From an uncultured Opitutales bacterium (GTDB lineage: Bacteria > Verrucomicrobiota > Verrucomicrobiia > Opitutales > JABSRG01): a DNA stretch of 56,701 nucleotides. Location: the NCBI GenBank assembly GCA_964417945.1, contig CAYQKH010000004.1, positions 1 to 56,701 on the forward strand, in the 5' to 3' direction. The position numbers were made by a program, and so were the translations under genes. Below the pieces are notes generated by a model. The model made no database searches, was not told the origin of the DNA, and saw nothing but the letters and a program-made list of their open reading frames with translations. Numbering within the stretch: position 1 is the first letter of the stretch; each line of letters begins with the position of its first letter. Below, one piece after another: positions 19,722 to 28,726 of the stretch.

Positions 19722-20913
19722 GGCATACCGAACGGGAATCGTTGGAGCCACCGGCGTTGTCGGTCAAGAGCTCATCACTCTCCTCCTGGATCGCGGTTTC
19801 CCTCTCGAGACGCTGCGATGCTTCGCCTCCGCTCGCTCAAAAGGCAAATCTCTCAAGGTTGGTGAACAATCCTTCGTCGTCGAAGAAACCCGACCGGATA
19901 TTTTTAAAGATCTCGATCTGGCCTTTTTTGCAGTTGACGGGGACCCTGCCCGAAAACTTGCGCCAATCGCGAAACGGCACGGCTGCGTCGTTATCGATAA
20001 CAGCTCCGCTTTCCGGCAGGATTCGGAGGTTCCCCTCGTTATTCCCGAGATAAACCCGGGAGCCGCCCATGCTCATCGCGGCCTTATCGCGAACCCCAAC
20101 TGCTCCATCGCCATTACCCTGATGGGGCTTTATCCGCTCCATCGTGCCTTTGGAGTCCGGCGGGTCTTCTGCTGCACCTATCAGGCAGTATCCGGTGCAG
20201 GACTCGAAGCCATGCAGGAACTGGAAGAACAGGTTCATGCATGGGCCGACGGTCGCGACCTCCCCGAACCCGTGGCCTTTCCAAATCATTCGATTGCTTT
20301 TAACCTGATTCCCCATGTGGATCGTTTCTCACCCGACGGATATACCGGTGAGGAGATCAAGATGCGGAATGAAGCAAGGAAAATTCTCGATTTTCCCGAA
20401 CTCCATTTCTCCGCAACCTGCGTTCGGGTGCCCGTATTCCGCGCCCACAGCATCGCCGTCCACGCGGAATTCGACAAGGCGGTAAACCTCGCCACCGCCC
20501 GTCAGGCCATTGAAATTTTCGAAGGTGCCATCCTCTGCGATGAGCCCGACCGCCGGGTTTATCCTACCCCTTTGCAATTCACCCGGGAAATCCGCTGTGG
20601 GGTAGGACGTTTGAGGAAGGATTCCGCCATGGAAAACGGATTGGCCTTCTTTGTTTCGGGTGACCAGCTTTGGAAGGGAGCTGCGCTCAACGCCGTCCAG
20701 ATTGCCGAATCCCTCGATGCTGCAGGATGCCTGAGCATGCCGGAAACCGGCCCCTCATCGGGCATGGGCAAGAAAATGAAGAAAGCCGGCGTGAAGAAAA
20801 AGGCCTCCACCAAAAAATCGGCCGCAAAGAAGAAAAACGCATCGAAAAAGAAAACGTCCGCAAAGAAGCAAGCGGCTGGTAAGACAGGCGCCTCTCGCAA
20901 GCCATCCCCGTAA
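19720..20913 (+). CDS. asd: aspartate-semialdehyde dehydrogenase with a lysine-rich C-terminal extension
   Basis: GIVGATGVVGQE Rossmann start, active-site IANPNCSIA, and QAVSGAG. After the Asd domain (about 340 aa) comes an in-frame tail of about 47 aa containing 19 Lys (KKMKKAGVKKKASTKKSAAKKKNASKKKTSAKK...). Confidence 0.92.
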   Translation: MAYRTGIVGATGVVGQELITLLLDRGFPLETLRCFASARSKGKSLKVGEQSFVVEETRPDIFKDLDLAFFAVDGDPARKLAPIAKRHGCVVIDNSSAFRQDSEVPLVIPEINPGAAHAHRGLIANPNCSIAITLMGLYPLHRAFGVRRVFCCTYQAVSGAGLEAMQELEEQVHAWADGRDLPEPVAFPNHSIAFNLIPHVDRFSPDGYTGEEIKMRNEARKILDFPELHFSATCVRVPVFRAHSIAVHAEFDKAVNLATARQAIEIFEGAILCDEPDRRVYPTPLQFTREIRCGVGRLRKDSAMENGLAFFVSGDQLWKGAALNAVQIAESLDAAGCLSMPETGPSSGMGKKMKKAGVKKKASTKKSAAKKKNASKKKTSAKKQAAGKTGASRKPSP

Positions 20914-20970
20914 GGCCGAGCTGCTGGGAAACGCTCGCGAGCCGATCATGCGGGTAGAGCGGCGAGGGTT

Positions 20971-22395
20971 CTAATCCTTGGAGGGATCGTCGCCAAACGG
21001 CCAGCCGCCCCGCCTTCGCATCCGCTCTTCGAGACCTGCATCCCGAAAGAGCTTGGCCGTCGCCTCCTCGGAAAGGCGTGGCACCCGTGTCCCGGTGTCG
21101 TTCGCCAGATTATAAATCAAAAGCGCTACAATTGCCGAGGCACGCGCCAGGGTTTCACGATCCACTTTGTCGAAGGTGTCGGCCAGGTCATGATAGTAGC
21201 GCACGTCGTCCGCGGCGATCGGGGCGTTATAGGTGATGGTGGGGACGCCCTTCATTACGAACGGGTGATGATCACTGCCGAGCCAGGGTTTGTTGGCCAC
21301 TTTGCGGTCAAAAGTCCAGCCACCGAGGTTTTCCTGATAAGCCTCCAGGACAGGAACTAATCCATCAAAGCCCATCGCATTAACCCCGATCGGCTCGCCG
21401 ACCATGTCGAGGTTTACCACGGCCCGCACCGGATCGAGGTCCGCCACCTCGGCGTAGTAACGGGACCCCCAAAGTCCAAATTCCTCCGCATCGAACCAGA
21501 TAAATTCTATGGTGTGCTCATTTCCCGGGCTGTGGGTCTTCAACAAACGGGCCACTTCGAAAACCTGGGCGACGCCCAAGCCGTTATCCATCGCTCCCTG
21601 ACCGAGATCCCAGGAATCGAAGTGCCCACCGATGATGATTTTGTCCTCCGATCGCCCGGGAAGGGTTGCGATCAAATTGGTGGCGATCATCTCTTCGTTC
21701 TGTGACGTCGTCGAAAGGCGGATCTCTAGATTCTGGCCGGACTCCAGCTGTCGTTGCATCCACAACCCCTCTTCCTGAGTGATTGAAAACATCGGAAAAG
21801 GGTTGGGGATGCCGTGGCGGTTCGCGGTGCGGGCCAATACTTGCCCCCCACCGACACGATTGGTCAGAAGCGCCCCCTTTACACCGTGCTTCTCGGCCAG
21901 CGTCTCCAATTCTTCTGAAGTAAAGGTCACGTTTGCGCGCAGCAGGAGGATTTTCCCCTGCAGGGCTTCCAGGTCAAGCTTCTCCAAATCATGCGTCTCC
22001 GCATAGGCGACCTCGCCAGTAACGCCATCGAAACGATCCGTGTAGCCAAGGGCAATTGCACGGATCGGTCGTTTCATCGGCTCAAGGAGCCTGACATCGG
22101 CCTCCCCGCGAATCCATCCAGGGAACTCAAAGTCCTGCCGACGGGTTTGTATCCCAAGGGCGTTGAGTTCGGCTTCGAGATAATCCAGGGATTTCGCATG
22201 TTCCCGTGTCCCAATCATCCGCGGACCGAACTGATCCGATAATTCCTTAAGCAGGTGATAGGCCCCCTCGTTCATCAGGGCGTCTCCTGCGATGGCTTCC
22301 TGAGGAGTTGCCGGAGGTGTCGCCGTCGCATTCAGAAGAAGGGGGCTACACGATAATAACAACGTAACTACGAAACAAACATTGGAAAATCGCAT
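20971..22395 (-). CDS. M28 family metallopeptidase (secreted aminopeptidase with PA domain)
   Basis: Signal peptide MRFSNVCFVVTLLLSCSPLL. Zinc-ligand blocks IIIGGHFDSW, GAMDNGLGVA, FIWFDAEEFGLWGS, NLDMVG, and SDHHPF. Confidence 0.88.
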   Translation of the reverse strand: MRFSNVCFVVTLLLSCSPLLLNATATPPATPQEAIAGDALMNEGAYHLLKELSDQFGPRMIGTREHAKSLDYLEAELNALGIQTRRQDFEFPGWIRGEADVRLLEPMKRPIRAIALGYTDRFDGVTGEVAYAETHDLEKLDLEALQGKILLLRANVTFTSEELETLAEKHGVKGALLTNRVGGGQVLARTANRHGIPNPFPMFSITQEEGLWMQRQLESGQNLEIRLSTTSQNEEMIATNLIATLPGRSEDKIIIGGHFDSWDLGQGAMDNGLGVAQVFEVARLLKTHSPGNEHTIEFIWFDAEEFGLWGSRYYAEVADLDPVRAVVNLDMVGEPIGVNAMGFDGLVPVLEAYQENLGGWTFDRKVANKPWLGSDHHPFVMKGVPTITYNAPIAADDVRYYHDLADTFDKVDRETLARASAIVALLIYNLANDTGTRVPRLSEEATAKLFRDAGLEERMRRRGGWPFGDDPSKD

Positions 22396-22563
22396 CCCTT
22401 ATCTTCCCACCTTTCGGTCGCTTGGCCAGAATAATTCAACCGCAGCACCGAACGCCGTAGATTCAGGAACCTTTCCAGACACGAAAAAACAGTTCAGATC
22501 GCTATGGTTCCTTGAGGAGGGACTCCGCCGCAAAGCAACACCTAGAATTTGACCCCTCTAACT

Positions 22564-22639
22564 TGGTGGGTTGACTGGGACTCGAACCCAGAACCAATTG
22601 CTTAAAAGGCAACTGCTCTACCGATTGAGCTATCAACCC
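22564..22639 (-). tRNA. tRNA-Lys (anticodon UUU)
   Basis: The reverse complement reads GGGTTGATAGCTCAATCGGTAGAGCAGTTGCCTTTTAAGCAATTGGTTCTGGGTTCGAGTCCCAGTCAACCCACCA. It is 76 nt with an encoded CCA and anticodon loop CTTTTAA. Confidence 0.93.
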
Positions 22640-22760
22640 TTATAGAAAGAATTTTTATCCAATTCGCTCGGTTTTTTAAGTCAAGGTTGGATTCCGGTTT
22701 TGACCGAAAACAATTGCTCAAACGCGGGAAAATCATTTGGATAACTGAAATTCGCCTTCC

Positions 22761-23672
22761 ATGCCTTCCGAACCTTCGCCCTATTCTTGCCAGGGAATCA
22801 CCCTGGAAAATACTTCTGAAACTTTCGGGTATTTTTGCGATTCATCGGATATTGCGGGAGATGGGGAGGCCCTTCGCGACCGCATGGACGAGGAAGGCTA
22901 TCTCTACATTCCGGGTTTCCTTAATCGGGAAAAGGTTCTTAAGGTTCGTGATCTTATCCTCCAAACCCTCGCGGAGGAAGGCAGCCTGCACCCGGAGTTC
23001 CCCGTCGAGGATGGGGTTCTCGCTCCCGGGGAAAACCTACGCTTTCGACCCGAACTGGTCCGCGACCTTCCGGAGATAAAGGACGTTCTCTATCGGGGAG
23101 AAATGATGCAATTCATGGAGCGTTTTTTCGCCGAGGAGGTGCTCCATTTTGATTATACGTGGTTCCGTTCCATGTCCCGCGGAAACGGCACCCCCCCGCA
23201 CTGTGATATCGTCTACATGGGTAGGGGAACGAAACGGTTGTTTAGCGCCTGGGTGCCGTATGTCTCCATCAGCTTGGAGGTGGGAGGCCTTATGATCCTT
23301 GAGCATTCCCACCGCCACGCGGAGCGCCTCAAAACCTACCTCGAAATGGACGTCGATAGCTATTGCCTGAATAAAGAGTTTGGGGAATCCAATGATCCAA
23401 AAGGCTGGCGATTTAGTGGTGCCCTTACCCAAAACGCCCGTACTCTACGTAAACGTCTCGGCGGACGCTGGCTGACCACCGAATACGAACCCGGCGATCT
23501 GCTTTTGTTCAGTATGGCAACGATCCATGCAAGCCTCGACAACAAGACCGATCGGGTCCGTCTCTCTTCCGATAGCCGTTATCAACGCGTTTCCGACCCT
23601 GTAGACCATCGCTGGATCGGGGAAAATCCCATCGCCCATGGTCCGGAGGGCAAGCGGGGACTCATTTGCTAA
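22761..23672 (+). CDS. phytanoyl-CoA dioxygenase (PhyH) family Fe(II)/2-oxoglutarate dioxygenase
   Basis: N-terminal EEGYLYIPGFL, an HxD iron motif (PPHCDIVYMG), a distal His (MATIHAS) and an RxS (RLSSDSRY) arrangement typical of PhyH. Confidence 0.8.
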   Translation: MPSEPSPYSCQGITLENTSETFGYFCDSSDIAGDGEALRDRMDEEGYLYIPGFLNREKVLKVRDLILQTLAEEGSLHPEFPVEDGVLAPGENLRFRPELVRDLPEIKDVLYRGEMMQFMERFFAEEVLHFDYTWFRSMSRGNGTPPHCDIVYMGRGTKRLFSAWVPYVSISLEVGGLMILEHSHRHAERLKTYLEMDVDSYCLNKEFGESNDPKGWRFSGALTQNARTLRKRLGGRWLTTEYEPGDLLLFSMATIHASLDNKTDRVRLSSDSRYQRVSDPVDHRWIGENPIAHGPEGKRGLIC

Positions 23673-23753
23673 ACGTCTGCTAAAGCATTTCGTCACCGAA
23701 TTTCCGGCCAGCCTTCTTGAAAATCGGGTTTTTAAAAATATTAAAAATTGTTT

Positions 23754-23776
23754 GGAACAATTTGTCTTGGTTCGTT
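23754..23776 (+). promoter_or_regulatory. possible ECF-type autoregulated promoter (GGAAC-N14-CGTT)
   Basis: GGAAC at 23754-23758 and CGTT at 23773-23776, 24 nt upstream of the sigma-factor ATG. The spacer is 1-2 nt shorter than the usual ECF spacing. Confidence 0.25.
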
Positions 23777-23799
23777 CTCCCATTCAAAATAACTCATCC

Positions 23800-24405
23800 A
23801 TGCCAAGCAAGTCACAAGAAGTCACCGTCGACAAAGTTTTGGTCGACCGGTTTAAGAACGGCGACGAATCCGCCTTCGAAGAAATGGTTCTGCGTTATCG
23901 GGACAGAATCTTCGCCCGCGTTTATCAATTATTGAAAAATCGGCAGGATGCCGAGGAAGTAACTCAGGATGCATTCATGCGGGCCCATAAAGGCCTCGAA
24001 AATTTTCGAGGCGATTCCTCTTTTTCGACCTGGTTGTTTCAAATCGCCACGAATCTTGCCCACAATAAGTATTGGTATTGGTGGCGGCGGAAGCGGGACC
24101 AGTCGATTTCACTTGGCCAAAAGCTGAGCGACGACGGGGAGGCGACCCTTGTAGACGTTCTTCCCGCTGAAGGTGAAAATCCAGGGGAAACCGCAGTCAT
24201 TCAAGAACTTGTCGATCGGGTTTCCGAGTGCATGAACTACCTCAGCCCGAAGCACAAAGAAATTTTGACCCTGCGAAATGTTAAGAACTTATCCTACGAG
24301 GAAATCGCGGATTATCTCGATATCAGCGTTGGTACCGTGAAGAGCCGAATCGCAAGAGCACGAGAAAGCCTGCGTGAAAAGCTCGGGGGTGAATTCAATT
24401 TATGA
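23800..24405 (+). CDS. RNA polymerase ECF-type sigma-70 factor
   Basis: Region 2 (FEEMVLRYRDRIFARVYQLLKNRQDAEEVTQDAFMRAH, FSTWLFQIATNLA) and region 4 (LTLRNVKNLSYEEIADYLDISVGTVKSRIARARESL). I prefer the ATG at 23800, because the ORF start at 23638 overlaps the PhyH gene. Confidence 0.9.
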   Translation: MPSKSQEVTVDKVLVDRFKNGDESAFEEMVLRYRDRIFARVYQLLKNRQDAEEVTQDAFMRAHKGLENFRGDSSFSTWLFQIATNLAHNKYWYWWRRKRDQSISLGQKLSDDGEATLVDVLPAEGENPGETAVIQELVDRVSECMNYLSPKHKEILTLRNVKNLSYEEIADYLDISVGTVKSRIARARESLREKLGGEFNL

Positions 24406-25187
24406 CCGAGACCCGGTTTGAAGAAATTGTAAGCCAATACCTCGACCGAGAATGTTCTCGATCCCGTGTTCGACAGTTGCGTCGCATCCTAAGGCGCGAT
24501 TCCACTTACCGGAGACGGTTTGATGAGGCTTGCCGTTATCACTACGCCGAAAAAGTGGCCTTCAATCCCGCCTCGCGAAAGCAGGTGGCACAGGAAATTG
24601 CTGCACTTCGGGCTGAGGTCCTTCGAAGCCCTGGTCTGAGTTCAACGTCCCGGGTCGGAAAGGATCGCTACCGGGTATTACCCTTCCCACCGTCGGCCCT
24701 TGCCGCTATGGCCGCAGCCATCGTCGGAATGATTGTTCTCGGGCAGGGGATACTCTCCTCAGGTTCTGCGCAACAGGGATTTTCGGGCCTTAAGAATCCC
24801 TTCTCTGCCCTTCAGAATCGCATCGTTCAGGTCCGCATGGAAGCTTCCTCTCCCGAGTCTGGAGAAGCATTTAACCCCGGTCTCAGCCCTATCGCCGGAA
24901 GCCTCTCCGCGCGTCTTCACCTCAGTGGGCTTTCCCATTCCTCCGCCTTCGTCCTTGAAGAAACCGCTGAAACGACCGATTGGGAATCCCTCTTTCAGTC
25001 CGCCGCGGAAGTAAAGTCGAAAAAGCGCCTTGTCCTTGTCGTTCCCCGAAACGCCATTCCGGACGCCGAGCTCATCCGCGACCCCTCCACGGCCATCTCT
25101 CACGGGCCCATTTCGTCGCAATGGGGAGGCTACTCCTCACTCCGTTCGACCACGATTTTATCGCTGACGGACAGCAGCACTTATTGA
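24402..25187 (+). CDS. putative anti-sigma factor (single-pass membrane protein)
   Basis: ATGA start/stop overlap with the ECF sigma gene. It has an N-terminal cytoplasmic helical segment (EEIVSQYLDRECS...), a TM helix ALAAMAAAIVGMIVLGQGIL, and a Ser/Pro-rich extracytoplasmic part. The call rests on context and topology rather than a conserved motif. Confidence 0.6.
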   Translation: MTETRFEEIVSQYLDRECSRSRVRQLRRILRRDSTYRRRFDEACRYHYAEKVAFNPASRKQVAQEIAALRAEVLRSPGLSSTSRVGKDRYRVLPFPPSALAAMAAAIVGMIVLGQGILSSGSAQQGFSGLKNPFSALQNRIVQVRMEASSPESGEAFNPGLSPIAGSLSARLHLSGLSHSSAFVLEETAETTDWESLFQSAAEVKSKKRLVLVVPRNAIPDAELIRDPSTAISHGPISSQWGGYSSLRSTTILSLTDSSTY

Positions 25188-25783
25188 AGTGCGAATTTGA
25201 CCAATGCCTCTGTATTCTCCGGATCGGGGAGGGCTTTGAGTGCCCGACCAATCGCTTTTTCGGCTTCCGAAGCCTTAAACCCGAGGGCGATTAGGGCCGC
25301 GACCGCATCGTGGGCATGGCGATCTTCGGTGCGGCCGTCTCCTTCGCCCGCCAGACCTCCGTGGCTGCCCTCGAAGTGAGCCAAGGCGGAATCTTTTAGT
25401 TCGATAACCAGCCTTTCCGCAGTTTTTTTCCCAATTCCCTGGCATTTGGACAGGGTGGCAATATCTCCGTCAGCAATTGCACGCCGCAGCGTCGCTCCAG
25501 TCATCCGGCTCAATATATTCAATGCTATCCGCGGGCCAATTCCTGACACTTTATCCAGCAGAGTCCGGAAAAAATCCCGGTCGTCACGGTCTAAAAATCC
25601 GTAAAGTGCGGCGGAATCTTCCCGGTAGACCGAATGAATGTAGAGCCTCACGGAATCGCCCGTGGCAGGAAGCCGTTCCGCCGCAGTCAAGGGAATATGC
25701 ACTTCGTAACCGACCCCGCCCACTTGGAGGACAATCCGAAGAGGTTCGTTTTCCGCCAGGATACCTTCGAGGGTCGCGATCAT
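25181..25783 (-). CDS. ruvA: Holliday junction branch migration complex subunit RuvA
   Basis: MIATLEGILAE...VGGVGYEVHIPL OB-fold start, HhH motifs (LLDKVSGIGPRIALNIL, LSKCQGIGKKTAERLVIEL), and C-terminal domain III. The ATG at 25783 forms an ATGA overlap with the dapB stop. Confidence 0.92.
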   Translation of the reverse strand: MIATLEGILAENEPLRIVLQVGGVGYEVHIPLTAAERLPATGDSVRLYIHSVYREDSAALYGFLDRDDRDFFRTLLDKVSGIGPRIALNILSRMTGATLRRAIADGDIATLSKCQGIGKKTAERLVIELKDSALAHFEGSHGGLAGEGDGRTEDRHAHDAVAALIALGFKASEAEKAIGRALKALPDPENTEALVKFALQ

Positions 25784-26517
25784 GCGACAGGGTCCTTTAA
25801 ACCCAGCACATCCTGCATCGAAAACAGTCCGGGACGGGCGTGACCCAGAAGCCATTCTCCCGCCCTCAGTGCTCCCTGCGCAAATATTGAGCGATCACCC
25901 GCCCGATGCACCAGTTCGACCCTCTCGGAAGGACCGCAAAACATGACTTGGTGGTCTCCGATGATCCCGCCTCCACGCACCGCATGGACGCCAACCTGGC
26001 GATCCGGTCGTTCCCCGGTCATGCCTTCCCGGCCATGGATAACGTCCTCGCGAGTCCATCCTCGGCCGTCCAGGATGGCATCCGTCAGGTTGCGGGCCGT
26101 CCCCGAGGGAGCATCCTTTTTCAAACAGTGGTGTGCCTCGATCACTTCTGGTTGATACTCCAAGCTGAGTTTTTCCGCCGCGACTCGGGTTAAATACTGG
26201 AGAACATTGACCCCCACCGAGTAGTTTCCGGCCAACACGATCGGGAGCTTCTCCGAGAAACCTCGGATAGCAGCCTCCTCATCCTCGCTGAAGCCCGTGG
26301 TCCCGATCACCACAGGACGGTTTCGAGCGGAGGCCCAATCCAACAGGGGGAGGGTGGCCCGGTGAAAACTGAAATCCAGAATCACATCGGCGCCTTCGAG
26401 CAGCTCAAGCGGGTCCCCTTGATCAACTTCCCCCGCCACCTCCAATCCTCGTTCGCGTGCGGTGGCAAGGAGTGCCGCACCCATGCGGCCTCTGGCTCCA
26501 TGAATTCCCGGCTTCAT
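25780..26517 (-). CDS. dapB: 4-hydroxy-tetrahydrodipicolinate reductase
   Basis: GARGRMG, VIGTTGF, EAHHCLKKDAPSGTA and GGIIGDHQVMF motifs. ATGA overlap with the dapA stop. Confidence 0.93.
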   Translation of the reverse strand: MKPGIHGARGRMGAALLATARERGLEVAGEVDQGDPLELLEGADVILDFSFHRATLPLLDWASARNRPVVIGTTGFSEDEEAAIRGFSEKLPIVLAGNYSVGVNVLQYLTRVAAEKLSLEYQPEVIEAHHCLKKDAPSGTARNLTDAILDGRGWTREDVIHGREGMTGERPDRQVGVHAVRGGGIIGDHQVMFCGPSERVELVHRAGDRSIFAQGALRAGEWLLGHARPGLFSMQDVLGLKDPVA

Positions 26518-27419
26518 TGGTCCTTCAGTTCGGTTTCCAGGGTTTCCCAGGTCGCGCTCAACCGCTCCCTGCTCGTCGACTGCAGGGGAGTAAGGGGAAG
26601 GCGCACTTCCTCCGAATCAATTACCCCCGCCAAATGAAGCAAAAATTTGATCGGCACCGGGTTTGGCTCCATGAAAATGTCCCGGAAAAAAGGTGCGAAA
26701 CAGTGATGGATCTCCAGCGCTCGAGAAAAGGCTCCCGAGCGGGCGGCCTCGCACATTTCCGATAGTTTCGCGGGGTAGAGGTTGGAAGCCACACTAACCA
26801 CACCGTCCGCTCCTACCGCATGGAAGGGCAGGGTCATATTGTCATCTCCGCTTAAAATGGCATATTCCGTTCCGAGGGTCCGGCGCAGAGCGCCGATCCG
26901 GTCACAGGATCCCCCCGCATCCTTGATCGCGCAAATGCCGGGGTGGGCCTCATAAAGCCGTTCACAGGTTTCTACCGCAATTTCGATGACGCACCGCCCG
27001 GGGATCGAGTAGAGCATGAGGGGCTTTTCCGTTACCCCGGCTACCGCACTAAAATGGTGAAAAAGGCCATCCTGAGTCGGCTTGTTGTAATAGGGCGTTA
27101 CCTGCAACATCGCATCCGCCCCCGCTTTATCAGCCTCGCGGGTGTAGGCGACCGCTTCCGCCGTGCTGTTCGATCCGGTTCCCGCAATCACCAGCGCGCG
27201 GCCCTTTACGATTTCCACCGTCCGTTTGACAACCTCCAGATGCTCTTCCGCCGAAAGCGTGGGAGACTCCCCCGTCGTCCCCACCGGCACGACTCCGCTA
27301 ACACCGCCGGCGATCTGCCGTTCCAGCAGCCGCTCCAGACTCGCCAGGTCAAGCTTCCCGTCGCGCATCGGTGTCACAATCGCCGTTGTCACCCCGGAAA
27401 AATCTGTTGTCTTTATCAT
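26514..27419 (-). CDS. dapA: 4-hydroxy-tetrahydrodipicolinate synthase
   Basis: TAIVTPM, VPVGTTGESPTLS, TGSNST, PYYNKPTQ and the active-site Lys context (CAIKDAGG). Confidence 0.94.
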   Translation of the reverse strand: MIKTTDFSGVTTAIVTPMRDGKLDLASLERLLERQIAGGVSGVVPVGTTGESPTLSAEEHLEVVKRTVEIVKGRALVIAGTGSNSTAEAVAYTREADKAGADAMLQVTPYYNKPTQDGLFHHFSAVAGVTEKPLMLYSIPGRCVIEIAVETCERLYEAHPGICAIKDAGGSCDRIGALRRTLGTEYAILSGDDNMTLPFHAVGADGVVSVASNLYPAKLSEMCEAARSGAFSRALEIHHCFAPFFRDIFMEPNPVPIKFLLHLAGVIDSEEVRLPLTPLQSTSRERLSATWETLETELKDQ

Positions 27420-27537
27420 CCGAAAATTTAATATTTCGCCTTATTATCCTAAATCAATCATCAAGTGTGAATCCTGCCGACGGGTCAAAGGAAACTCAAA
27501 GGATAATTTCTGACCCCTCCGCACCGCCCCGAATTCC

Positions 27538-28638
27538 ATGAGCGCCGCCGTTGAACTGTTCAATCAACTCCTGAACCTGGCCGTCGATAACGGCGCCAGT
27601 GATATCCATATCAAGACCAACAAGCCCGCGTTTATCCGACTTCACGGACGGCTTGAACCGATCGATATGGATGCGATCGGCCAGGATGACGTCGTCGAGT
27701 TCCTTGAAGAATCGATGCCGGAGCAATTCTTTGAAAATTGGCGTCATGAGGGACAGGTCGATTACTCCTACAAACTTGAAGGCACCGGGAGTTTTCGGGT
27801 CAACGGCTTCCTCCAACGGGGAACCCCCAGCATGGTTTTTCGCCACATTAACCCAACTCCGCCGACCTTCGAAGATCTCAACCACGAGCCCGGTGTGTTC
27901 AAGGACCTCGCCAAGGAAAAAGTCGGCATCATCCTCGTTTGCGGGGCTACCGGCTCGGGCAAAAGTTCCACTCTAGCCGCTTTCCTCAATTATCTTAATC
28001 ACAACTTCGATCGTCACATCGTCACCCTTGAGGACCCCATCGAATTTACTTATACCGACCAAAAATCGGTCTTCAACCAACGGGAAATCGGCATTGATTG
28101 CCCCACCTTTGAACTGGGGATGAAGGCTGTCCTGCGGCAGGACCCCGACATCATCCTCATTGGCGAAATGCGGGACCGTGACACCTTCGAGACTGCTATC
28201 AAGGCTGCCGAAACGGGGCACCTGGTCCTCGGGACGTTGCACGCCTCCAGCGCCCAGCAGGCGGTCCAACGGCTTTTCGAATTTTTCACCCCCGAGCAGC
28301 AAGTGGGTATGCGACGGCAGATTGCCGGCGCGTTGAAAGCGACTATCACTCAGCGCCTGGTCCCTAAAATGGAAGGCGGTCGCTTGCCCATCTGTGAAAT
28401 CATGATCGTTGAAGGGCTTGCCATGCAAACCATTCAGGAGGGGAAGTATGAAAGTATCAATTCCGTTATCGAGGCCACCAAGGATTACGGCTCGAAAACC
28501 TTCAACATGGATCTATACCGGCTCATCAAGGCCGGTCTCGTGTCGAAGAAAGACGGCTTGGAGTTCTCCCCGAATCCCAAGCAGCTGGAAATGAACCTGC
28601 AGGGGATCTTTCTCAGCACCGGGGGCATTGTCAGCTGA
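27538..28638 (+). CDS. pilT: type IV pilus retraction ATPase PilT family
   Basis: ASDIHI, Walker A GATGSGKSSTLAA, TLEDPIEF, Asp box/Walker B ILIGEMRD, and His box GHLVLGTLHA. Confidence 0.92.
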   Translation: MSAAVELFNQLLNLAVDNGASDIHIKTNKPAFIRLHGRLEPIDMDAIGQDDVVEFLEESMPEQFFENWRHEGQVDYSYKLEGTGSFRVNGFLQRGTPSMVFRHINPTPPTFEDLNHEPGVFKDLAKEKVGIILVCGATGSGKSSTLAAFLNYLNHNFDRHIVTLEDPIEFTYTDQKSVFNQREIGIDCPTFELGMKAVLRQDPDIILIGEMRDRDTFETAIKAAETGHLVLGTLHASSAQQAVQRLFEFFTPEQQVGMRRQIAGALKATITQRLVPKMEGGRLPICEIMIVEGLAMQTIQEGKYESINSVIEATKDYGSKTFNMDLYRLIKAGLVSKKDGLEFSPNPKQLEMNLQGIFLSTGGIVS

Positions 28639-28726
28639 GGCACCCTCTCGCTATTTCCTTGCTGAATCATTGCGGGCTCCTCTTGATCGGGGGTTTGTTC
28701 ATGTTTCATTGGTTATCGATTTCGTA

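Noticed and set aside
22396-22563. CCGTAG-containing sequence (GCCGTAGATTCAGG) near tRNA-Lys, considered as a fourth copy of the dispersed repeat
   Set aside because: Only a 6-7-nt word is shared, and none of the longer family blocks are present.
2037-22639. The segment between tRNA-Ala and tRNA-Lys, considered as a tRNA-flanked genomic island
   Set aside because: Its content is housekeeping (aroE, yggS, ABC transporter, PEPCKs, asd). There is no integrase, and I found no duplicated tRNA 3'-end (att) sequence in the window.
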